From Cyanophora paradoxa CCMP329 (lineage: Eukaryota; Plantae; Glaucophyta): a DNA stretch of 30,753 nucleotides. The notes beneath the pieces were generated by a model. The model was not told where the DNA came from and did not search any database. It saw nothing but the letters and a program-made list of their open reading frames with translations. Below, in pieces: positions 20,958-30,753 of this stretch. Position numbers and translations under genes: made by a program. The stretch's first letter is position 1. Each line of letters starts with the position of its first letter. Location: assembly GCA_004431415.1 (NCBI GenBank), contig QPMI01000020.1, positions 1 through 30,753 on the forward strand. Direction: 5' to 3'.

Positions 20958-21805
20958 ATATGGGCGGGCGGCGGGACCCCTGGGGGCGGCTGGTGAGAGC
21001 GGCCGCCGGCGCCGCCGCGGATACGGGGCGGGCGGGACCCCTCGGGGTGGCTGGTGAGAGCGGCCCGCCGGCGCCGCCGCGGATACGGGGCGGGCGGGAC
21101 CCCTCGGGGCGGCTGGTGAGAGCGGCCCGCCGGCGCCGCCGCGGATACGGGGCGGCGGGACCCTCGGGTGGCTGGTGAGAGCGGCCCGCCGGCGCCGCCG
21201 CGGATACGGGCGGGCGGGACCCTCGGGCGGCTGGTGAGAGCGGCCCGCCGGCGCCGCCGCGGATACGGGGCGGGCGGGACCCCTCGGGCGGCTGGTGAAA
21301 GCGGCCCGCCGGCGCCGCCGCGGATACGGGGCGGGCGGGACCCCTCGGGTGGCTGGTGAGAGCGGCCCGCCGGCGCCGCCGCGGATACGGGGCGGGCGGG
21401 ACCCTCGGGGCGGCTGGTGAAAGCGGCCCGCCGGCGCCGCCGCGGATACGGGGCGGCGGACCTCGGGCGGCTGGTGAGAGCGGCCGCGGCGCAGCCGCGG
21501 ATACGGGGCGGGCGGGACCCCTCGGGGCGGCTGGTGAGAGCGGCCCGCCGGCGCAGCCGCGGATACGGGGCGGGCGGGACCCCTCGGGCGGCTGGTGAGA
21601 GCGGCCCGCCGGCGCCGCCGCGGATACGGGGCGGGCGGGACCCTCGGGTGGCTGGTGAGAGCGGCCCGCCGGCGCCGCCGCGGATACGGGGCGGGCGGGA
21701 CCCTCGGGGTGGCTGGTGAGAGCGGCCCGCCGGCGCCGCCGCGGATACGGGGCGGGCGGGACCCCTCGGGGCGGCTGGTGGGAGCGGCCCGCCGGCGCCG
21801 CCGCG
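20958..21805. repeat. Tandem array, ~60-bp unit, 14 copies
   Basis: Unit GCTGGTGAGAGCGGCCCGCCGGCGCCGCCGCGGATACGGGGCGGGCGGGACCCCTCGGG(G/T)CG; 14 GCTGGTG cores counted; variation mostly 1-bp indels in G/C runs. Confidence 0.95.
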
Positions 21806-22090
21806 TTTACGGGGAAGGCTCTGGGCTATGTAGTGTACCTAAAATCACTAGAAGGTGGCGAACTGATACTGGCTATATCCTAGTTATTCGTACACATGCC
21901 CGACTATAGATAATTTTATACGTTCCCCGTTCTCCTAAGTGTATCATGGTATCCTAAAGATCTAAAAAGATAGTATCCTAAAGATCTAGTCAGTAATTCG
22001 AGTCGTCGACATGAAGACGTACGAAACTCTAGATCTGAATACTTAGTATTTTATCATACCAACTGAAAATATTACACGTGCACGTTTACA
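21806..22090. other. AT-rich core between two GC-rich arrays (candidate origin or regulatory hub)
   Basis: ~285 bp AT-rich; direct repeat GTATCCTAAAGATCTA twice (~21949 and ~21974); bounded by CGTTTAC motifs at 21804 and 22083. Confidence 0.5.
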
Positions 22091-22094
22091 ACCG

Positions 22095-23490
22095 CGCACG
22101 TCGCCGTGGGGCGACCCGGCTCGCATCAACTTCCCGAGGGGTCATTCGGGCCTCCTACTGCGCGGCGCCGGCGGCACGACCTCGCTCCCGTCAGCGACGA
22201 CTCGGCCCTGCTGCCGCCCGCCAACGCGTCGCCGCGGGGCGGCCCGGCTCTCATCAACTTCCCGAGGGGTCCCCCCGGCCTCTACTGCGCGGCGCCGCGG
22301 CACGACCTCGCTCCCGTCAGCGACGACGCGGCCCTGGCGCCGCCCCGCCCCGCCCACGCGTCGCCGCGGGCGGCCCGGCTCTCATCAACTTCCCGAGGGT
22401 CCCCCGGCCTCTACTGCGCGGCGCCAACGGCACGGGCGCGCTCGCGTCAGCGACGACGCGACCTCTGCCGCCGCCCCGCCCGCCCACGCGTCGCCGCGGG
22501 GCGGCCCGGCTCTCATCAACTTCCCGAGGGGTCCCCCGACCTCTACTGCGCGGCGCCGGCGGCACGACCTCGCTCCCGTCAGCGACGACTCGGCCCCTGG
22601 CGCCGCCCCGCCCCGCCCACGCGTCGCCGCGGGGCGGCCCGGCTCTCATCAACTTCCCGAGGGGTCCCCCCGACCTCTACTGCGCGGCGCCGGCGGCACG
22701 ACCTCGCTCCCGTCAGCGACGACTCGGCCCCTGGCGCCGCCCCGCCCCGCCCACGCGTCGCCGCGGGGCGGCCCGGCTCTCATCAACTTCCCGAGGGGTC
22801 CCCCCGACCTCTACTGCGCGGCGCCGGCGGCACGACCTCGCTCCCGTCAGCGACGACGCGGCCTTAGCCGCCGCCCCGCCCGCGTGTCGCCCCGGGGCGT
22901 CCCGGCTCTCATCAACTTCCCGAGGGGTCCCCCGGGCCTCTACTGCGCGCGCCGGCGGCACGACCTCGCTCCCGTCAGCGACGACGCGACCTCTGCCGCC
23001 GCCCGCCCGCCCACGCGTCGCCGCGGGGCGGCCCGGCTCTCATCAACTTCCCGAGGGTCCCCCGGCCTCTACTGCGCGGCGCCAACGCACGGGCTCGCTC
23101 GCGTCAGCGACGACGCGACCTCTGCCGCCGTCCCGCCCGCCCACGCGTCGCCGCGGGCGGCCCGGCTCTCATCAACTTCCCGAGGGTCCCCGGGCCTCCT
23201 ACTGCGCGGCGCCGCGGCACGACCTCGCTCCCGTCAGCGATGACGCGGCCTTAGCCGCCGCCCGCCCGCGCGTCGCCCCGGGGCGTTCCGGCTCTCATCA
23301 ACTTCCCGAGGGTCCCCCGGCCTCTTACTGCGCGGCGCCGGCGGCACGACCTCGCTCCCATCAGCGACGACGCGGCCCCTGGCGCCGCCCCGCCCACGCG
23401 TTGCCGCGGGCGGCCCGGCTCTCATCAACTTCCCGAGGGTCCCCGGCCTCTACTGCGCGGCGCCGGCGGCACGACCTCGCTCCGTCAGCT
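22095..23490. repeat. Tandem array, ~130-bp unit, 11 copies
   Basis: CATCAACTTCCCGAGGG cores at about 22124, 22251, 22382, 22513, 22646, 22779, 22909, 23039, 23169, 23294 and 23422; unit continues CCTCTACTGCGCGGCGCC..GCACGACCTCGCTCCCGTCAGCGACGAC. Confidence 0.95.
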
Positions 23491-23643
23491 ACACCGAGGA
23501 ATGTACCATTATAACGCCGTTCCGTAAACCACAACGCCGCATTTGAAAACTTTACATTCATTGCGTCTTCAAAGAACCATCCAAGGGCAGCTGACGTTAT
23601 TTTATAATTACATCTTTTAATACAGCTAGTCATTCGTCTCCCC

Positions 23644-24154
23644 TTACGTAAACGTTGACATCTCCAGATCGTCTTTTTCCACAGATATCCTGAGAGCAGC
23701 GCGCTTCGGCGACCAGATACCCGCCTTGATCACCGCGAGCCGCATTTCCGCCTGTTTACGACGCCACTCGCGATTCCGCTCCGAGTGCACGCGCGGCAGC
23801 ACGTTATCCCTTTGTGTACTCGTCCAATGGCTTTGTTTCCTTGCACCTCCAGCACCGGCGAGCTTTGCGGTCCGCCCATCCTCGACGACGACCACCACGG
23901 CGCGAGGCCGGACCGCCGGAGTTCGAGGATGCAGCGCGTTAAACGCCTCGCGCATTGCGCGCTTCCGCGCCGAAACGCAGGCACGGCACTCGTACGTGTG
24001 CATTCTGATCTTGGAGGGCGTATATTCCGACGCCGGCTTCCTCGTTCGACAGCGAGTGCACCACGCCTCGACGACGCGCCCTTTATCGTCCCGGACGGCA
24101 CCGCGGACAGGTCCGAGGGGCTCTTTGGCGCGAGACGTTGGAATCGGAATCCAT
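23644..24154 (-). CDS. Small CxxC-x21-CxxC zinc-finger protein (Stc1-like or endonuclease-associated Zn ribbon)
   Basis: WCTRCRTRKPASEYTPSKIRMHTYECRACVSARKR followed by basic helical segments; stop 23644-23646; likely ATG at 24152-24154 needs one frameshift. Confidence 0.5.
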
Positions 24155-24451
24155 GCCGTCGCGAGCGAGGACGTGGGGTGACGGTGACCACGCTCGATCC
24201 CCGAACCAGGACCTCTCCCTTTTATGCGTCCACCCTCCCTCGCCCCTCGCCCCCCCCCCTCCCGCTTCCCCCTCCTGCCCCGCGCGAGCGCCGGGCCGGA
24301 TCGACGCGCGCGTTTACCATGCCCGCGCGCGGGCGACGGACCCGCCCGCACGCCCCCTCCCCCCCCCCCACCCCTTCCATGGGCCCCCCGCCGAGGATCG
24401 AGACCATAAAAGGAAGCGCGCGGCCGTCGCCTCCTTACCCCCATCCCCACC

Positions 24452-26623
24452 ATGCCGCCGCCACGCAAGCGGCAGCGCGCGGCGTCCACGTGCGTCTTCC
24501 CGCGCGAGGTCCTCGCAATGATCGCCTCGCATCTCGACGCAGAGGATCGCGACGCTTTCGCGAGCGCCGCCGACGAGTGCTACGTCGCAACCATCGACGC
24601 CGAATCGACCATGCCCTTTTGGAAGCAACGCCTTGCCGCACGCGCCGGCCCGCTCGTCCGCCGCGCGGCGGGCGCTGGCGTCCCGAGGGCGAGTGGGCGT
24701 GCGGCGCGTCGCCCCCAGCCCCGACGCGCGCTGGTTCGCCGTCGAGCGCGCGCCCGCCTCGCTCGCGATCCAACCCGAGGCGCTCCTACGCATCGACCCT
24801 TCCGGCGCCGTGGACACGCTCCCCGCGGCCGTCCTCGCACGCATGGAACTCCGCCCGCGCCTCTCGGGCCTCTGGGTGGCCGACGACGGCGAAGTTCGCT
24901 TCCAGGCCGCTCCGTTCAACGCCGCGCCGACGAACCGGGGTCGATAGTCTCCTGGCCCGTCGGCGCCCCACCCGCATCCTCTTGGACCTCGCCGAGCACG
25001 CAAACGCGATCATGGCGGAAGCGCAATCGTTTCACTCCAGGCCGGCCCACCGGATTAACGCACGCTGCACCTCTGTTCTATTTACCATCACCGACGCCCC
25101 CAACGCCACCACAACGCCGACGCCATGGCCAACGGAGCGGCTTTGCTCGTGGTAAACGTCGGCGACGGAACCGCGAGGCGCATCGAGCTCGCCCCGCGGG
25201 CTCGCCTCTCGCCAGCATCAATACCCAAATGATCGTCCCGTTTGCCGACGGCTGGCTCATTGCTTGTTCAGAGGAGCGGGAGTCTTCGTCGGCCCGACGG
25301 TCAAACGATGCGATCGCCGGCAGGGCCCTCCGAGACCGGAGCAGAGTCTCCTACCTGGCGGACGCGTTTGCAAGTACGCGCGCGCCGAGGGCGACTCGAA
25401 GGACGAGCTCGGATTCTTTCGCGTGAGCCACGACGGCCGCGCGAGCGAGGTGAACCCCCGCCCCGCGTACTCGCCCTCTACGGCCCGACCTCGTCCACCA
25501 TCGTCGCTTGGGCCGCCGCGGCGCGCGGCCCCGCCGTCGCCGTCACCATCCCCACCATGCAAAGCGGATTTCGCATCGTCGAAGTACCCCCGCGTCCGCC
25601 TGGCTGGACTGTTTGTGAATCGAATGGAACCAACCTATTTCGCACGAATCCGGCGCCGCCACGCGCTCCTTAGAGCGCGCCCGCCATCGCACTTTTGCTC
25701 ATTCCACATCCGCGACACCATGAACGCGCGGCCTCGCGTCCTTTACGAAGCAGCCGCAGCGCGGCGACCCGAGCGCGGGCTTCCCATCCCCGACGGCGAG
25801 AGCATCGTCTCCGGCTCGCTCGCCACCTGCGGCCCGTTTACCGCCTATGCAACGCCGCCGCCGACGGGACCCCGCTGTCGCTCTTCCTTTGCCACCCCGC
25901 CGCGCGCGCGCCCGTCGCCCTCGGGCGCTGGCGAGCGCGGCGTGACCGTCGACGTCCGCTCCTCCGCGCGCGCGCGGGCGTCCTGACGGCCATTGCCCGC
26001 ATCGACCTCGCCGCGGCGCGCGACAGCCCGCTCCTCCGGTGATCCCAAGGCCCTCGCGGACGCGGAGCGCCCGTCAAACGCCAAGGCCGACGCGCGCGAC
26101 TCTGCCGTCCTCCTGGAGTGGTCCGCGCACGGCGACAACGACGCGCCGGCGACCGTCGCCCTCTGGCTCGACCCCGGGCGCGCCGCCGCCTGCAAGAGGC
26201 CCGCACGGACCCGGCCGGCGCCCGCTTCCTGCGCGACCTCGCGGAAACGCGCTCGCCCTCGTCTGCCGCGACGAGCGCGGCCTCGACTCGCTGTACGTCT
26301 CCGACGGCGCCACCGCGACCTTTCGGCACTCGGCATCGCCCGCGCGCGTGGACCGAGGGTCAAACCTGTTTCCCGTCGAGACGGGCTGGTTCGGTACAGC
26401 CTTCGATGGCTGGCGCGTCCTCTTTGTCTACCCGACGGCAAGTTTGCCTTTGTCGAGATCGCGTGATGAGCCGTCGCCGCCGTCTGCCGCTCGGCGGCCC
26501 ATGTACGCGTGCCGCTGCACCGACGGCACGCTGATCTCGCTGGAGACGAGGCGCACGGGCGAGCCGCCGCCGCGCGTCGCTGCTCCGGCGCGCCCGATGG
26601 CACCGCCCGCCGCCGTTGCGTAG
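24452..26623 (+). CDS. F-box protein (frameshifted, no clear introns)
   Basis: caccATG; MPPPRKRQR (NLS-like), then VFPREVLAMIASHLDAEDRDAFASAA (F-box consensus) and FWKQR; downstream beta-strand-rich fragments in shifting frames to a TAG at 26621-26623. Confidence 0.6.
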
Positions 26624-26706
26624 GCCTCCGCGCCCCCCATTCCCAGGTCGAGACCGTTTACGATTAGAAATGTGATTGTATTAAAAATTGAGCGCAACGC
26701 CTACGT

Positions 26707-29700
26707 TTACAAAGCACTGCCGCGGTATGCAAAGGTAACGCTGCGCCGCCGGCCGGCCCGCTCGATCTCGCGGTAGCGATTCGCCTTTGCGGAACACCCC
26801 GGCGCTCTGGGCGGCGTCTTCCACGTCTCCTCCTGCCACTTGTCACCGCGGCGATTCCGCTCTCGGAGGACGTGTTCAGGAACCACCCATCCGTCCCCGG
26901 AGGAAGTCACCGTCGGCTCGCGTCCCATGCACGTGTACGTCTCGAAGAGCGACCTGCAGACGAGGATGTGGTCGCCGCGGCCGCGCCTCTCCGATACGGC
27001 TCGGCGAGACGCGGCTGTGCCGTGCTCGGCCCTCCACCGAACCACCTGCTCGCAGAGGCGCGCACGTCGTCCTCGGTGGCCGCGATTCGCAGTTCGTGGC
27101 CTCCTGGAGGCCGTCTCGGCACATTGCAGCGCGTTTACGACCCCCGCGCACCGTCGTGCCGTTTACGTCCCAATCCAGCACCGGCTCGCCTCTGGCGACG
27201 AGAGCGCGCGATGTACAACGTCCCTGACGTCGTAATCGCACAGGACACCGTCCTCTGGGTCAGCGACGCGCGCGCCTCGGCCGAGAGCCAAAGAACGGTT
27301 CTCCGCGGATACTCGGCTCGGGGGCTCTCGGTAGGGTATCTTCTGATCGTGCGCGCGCTGCTTGGCCGCTTTGATATCCGCCGCCCTCTTCTTTGCACGT
27401 CCCAGCACCGTCGCGCCGCCGCCAGGACCGTAAACGCCAGGTGAGCTGGCCAGTCGGCCGCCAGGGTCGGAACGTGCCGAGAGGGACGTAAACTGTCGAA
27501 CAGAGCGGGTTGCCCGTGCGATGGCACCAAAGTATCCTTGCACGAAAGGGGAGGCGACGTGCTCGATGCCTTGGCGTAGAGTTCAGAGGACGCCTTCGCA
27601 TCCGACTCGACCAAAGCACGCCAGGGCCGACCAAACTCGTCCGCGCCCACTCCAGCACGCGCAGGCGCTCGATCTCGGTGCGGATGGCGTGTCGTCCGCG
27701 CCGGCCGGGTCGAGCACGTTCAAGGGCCCGAGTCCGTCAGCCGAGCGAGGCGCTCCCTCCACGCCGCGCCGCGCTCAGCGAGCGAGCGTCCGGTGCGGCG
27801 CCACGAGCAGCCTGCCGTCACCTTGCGCAGCTCCTCCACGGCCGCCGGCTCGCCGTCGCGCCCGATGCGCAGCACCGTCTCGCCGTGATGCGCTCCCCGG
27901 GGCGAGCCGCCCCGTAACGACGTCCAACGTTCGAAAGACCTCGACGCGACCTCGTCCTCGAGGGCGCGCCGGCCGCCAGCATGGTCGAGAGCTCCTCGAG
28001 CTCGCCGCGCGCCACCTCGACGGCGCCTGCCGCAACGCTCCCGTAAAACAGGGCCCGCGCCTCGTCCCGCACGGATGGCTTTGCGAGCGCCCGGCCGACG
28101 GCGGCGACGGGCAGAGCGTCATCCGCATCCCCGACCCCGACCGCCCTCTTATGCACGCCTGTCGTTCGCCGGCAGTCGGAAAGTTGCGCTCGAGGAGCCC
28201 CGCCTCCACCGAGATCGTCGCCTCCAGCGTGCCTTGGTCGCATCGTCAAAGAGTCGCGCCCCAGACGTCCAGCCCACGCGCACCGCCGAGGTCGCCAACC
28301 CCGGCGGGTCGTGGGGCGCCTCGGAGAGGGCGATTCGCAAGAGGGGCGCCGCCACCGCGGCGTCGGCGACGGCGCCGCGCCCGCGCGCTCGAATCCACGA
28401 CGTGCCGGAGCGCGAGCAACGCCGGGCACCGCACCATCTCCAGCAGTTCCCGAAAGCTGCGGTCCGCGTGCGCCTCGTCCGTAACGTGGGCTGGAGAACG
28501 TACGTCGACCGAGCGCGCCGGGGCGGCCGCCCATCTCCACCTCGAGCGCGTGGAGGAGGTTCCTGAGCTCGGGTCGATTCTTCTTGCCGTTGGATCCTGG
28601 AGGTACCAGACGATTATCGCGGGCGCCGAGCTCCTCCGGCGCAACGCAAAAGGCCTGCGCGGCAAAGGCGAGATCGAGCGACGACGCTCGTAGTCGTTGG
28701 ATCGCCCGGTGGGCCCTGCGAGCCGTAAACAGCCGGCCCGCCGATTTCTCCTGTGAGACGTCCTCGCCGGGGAGGGCGCGCGCGCCGAGGACCGGGTGGG
28801 CGATGACTTGCAGGCGAAGAGCTCGCGTAGCGCCTGGATCTCCTCCTTTACATTTTCGCCGCGGAGCGCTGAAATCAACGACGACCACGCCGAGCTGCCG
28901 CCGAGAGGAGCTTGGCGTTAAAGGACGAGATAGCTGCGGCGCGTGTGCGATTCGTTGGCCATCTGTGGCCTGACGACGGAGGAGGGCGTTTTCCTGCGTG
29001 GGGTTCAACCACTGCGCCGTCGCCACGCAAAGGCGCCGTTGTCGTGCTCCCTGCGAACGCCGCGCCCCTGTCGCGCCGCTCGCGTCGCCGGTGACTCCGG
29101 ACCTCGGCCCGCCGCGTTTCGAGGAGCTCGAGCGCGCCCTTGGCGTTCTCTTTGGGCTGTGTCCCGAGGGGGCAGAAGATGAGCGCGAGGGTCTCGGAAA
29201 AGGCCCGGCAGCGAGGCGTGAGCTGGTACTGGATGTTGACGTCCCCGAGGACGCCTCCGTGCACCACGCAGCAGACGTCAAAGAGCACGTGGGGTTCGTC
29301 CATGGAGCTCCCTTGAGCGACCGCGGTGTTGTAACATATTAAGTCCAGCTCGGCGAACCGGTTCGGGTCGGAAAAGAGCCTGCGATCGCGATCGTCCGAG
29401 TTGCCGCAGACGAGGGCCCTGCGGACGTGCGCGAGGTCCGGGTGGCTGTCGACAACGGCGCAGATCGCGTTGAACTCGTCTTTGGTGGTCGAGGAGACGA
29501 TCACCTTGTAGCCGAGGAGGAGCAGCGCGGCGACGCGCAGCCCGGCTTCAGAGAGCGGGAGCGCGGCCCACGCGTGGCGCATGTCGCCCCCCGCCCCGTG
29601 GGATTTACGATACAGGATGCGCTTTGTCCGCGCCGCGCCGGTCCTCCCCGCGAGCGCCACCCCCTCGTCGTCCGAGTCCCCGCCGCCGTCTCCCCCCTCG

Positions 29701-30753
29701 GAGGCGTTTACGTCGGGTCGTGGCTCCGAATTGCCCATGTCGAGGACAAATCGGAGCGTCTCGCGGTCCAGGTCGGCGTCTGCGAGATAAACGACGCGCG
29801 CCGCGGCCAGCATCCGCGCGAGAGCCTTTGCCGCGGCCGCCTGGCGTAAATCCTTGGCGAGGGTGCCCGACGAGCTGATGATGGCGGCGATCTTGCCGAC
29901 CTCGTCGATGACGAGGATGTGGTACGGCGAGGCGCCCTGGACGAACCGATGGGACGACTCGGCCGTCACGAGCAGGGCGTCCGGCGCATCGGAGCCCGCC
30001 TTTCGCTCCTCCCTGTACCCGATCCAGCACCGCTGCACCTCCCTCCCCTCTTTGTCCACGAGTCCGCGAAACACCGCCCGAAAGTCGTTCCTCTCCTTGA
30101 GCTGGTCGGGATGGGAGCGGGAGTTGACGAACCAGGCGATCGAAACGGTCGTGTCCTCGGCGAGGTTCGCGATCGTTGGGTCCCGGACCACCTCTGCGGC
30201 CGACCTGAGGATGGCCGTCGACTTTCCGGCGCCCATGCCCTCCTCCAGCACGACGTAAACGCGCTCGTATCCTTCCGCAAAGGCGCGCGCAATGGCGTCG
30301 TGGATGAGCCTGTCGTCGACGTAAACGTTTGTCACGTCGGGATCCACGATGATCTCGTCCATCGCGTCGTCGATCTCCCCCCTCTGGGACAACAGACCCC
30401 TCATCCAATCGTCCATCTTGCCGGGCTCCGGGAGCTGAAAGCCCGTCCGCAGCGCGCCCCGCTCCTTGCGGCGCTCCTCTTCATTCAGCGTGGCCCACTT
30501 TTCGGCGATGCCCTCGAGCGTCCAAAAGGTACCCTCGCCGCCGAAAAGCCTCGCCGTCGCCTCGGCCACCCGCTCGATCTCCGCGACGTGCTCGGCAGAG
30601 GCCGTGCCGCACCCCTCGAACGCGCGATTCGCCGTCGCACCGAACCGCGCGGCGTCCATGTAGTGCTCCCGCCGCTCGACGGCGTCCCGACCGAGGTTTC
30701 CGAAGCGCGCCTCGTCGGCGGCGACCTCGCACTGCCGGAGCGCCTTGAGCGCC
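26707..30753 (-). CDS. Origin-binding-protein-like SF2 helicase (herpes UL9 / NCLDV type), 5'-truncated by window, frameshifted 3' half
   Basis: VVLEEGMGAGKST (Walker A, ~30217-30240), WFVNSRS, LLVTAESSHRF, ILVIDEVG (Walker B, ~29900), VYLADADLD, LICYNTAVAQGSSMD, YQLTPRCR: motif order and wording of UL9-like helicases. Frame stays open upstream of 30659 to the window edge. Extension to ~26707 is inferred from protein-like fragments. Confidence 0.8.

Larger units (their letters stand above)
1800..30753. mobile_element. Putative large tyrosine-recombinase element or endogenous virus-like island (possibly two elements split at 16830-17271; right end outside window)
   Basis: Co-location of YR, Ulp1, SET, TET/JBP, variant H3, F-box and UL9-like helicase genes; shared GTAAAC motif on both sides of the filler gap; termini and target duplication not identified. 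Confidence 0.6.

Noticed and set aside
20958-23490. CRISPR array
   Set aside because: Units repeat in full with no unique spacers, there are no cas genes, and the context is eukaryotic.

Overview
GC-rich eukaryotic (protist/alga-like) DNA with many short GT-AG and GC-AG introns. The six-frame ORF track is mostly misleading here, so genes were rebuilt by hand splicing. The left flank (1-~1790) is palindrome-rich filler containing a complete hAT-type MITE (617-1143; 11-bp TIR, 8-bp TSD). From ~1800 to the window end is a gene-dense block that looks like one large mobile element, or two adjacent ones. It carries a viral-type SET methyltransferase, a Ulp1/SENP-like protease apparently fused to a tyrosine recombinase, a TET/JBP 2OG-Fe(II) dioxygenase, and a divergent histone H3 (H3-like tail with K14M/K18R, CenH3-like fold). 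It also has an XPA-like and a CxxC/CxxC zinc-finger gene, two tandem arrays around an AT-rich core, an F-box gene, and a UL9/origin-binding-type SF2 helicase running off the right edge. A GTAAAC motif recurs throughout the block. The best hypothesis is an integrative, possibly self-replicating element with its own chromatin-editing toolkit. Many single-base deletions (sequencing error or decay) break frames, so several gene boundaries are approximate. All family calls come from motifs recognised by eye, not database searches.
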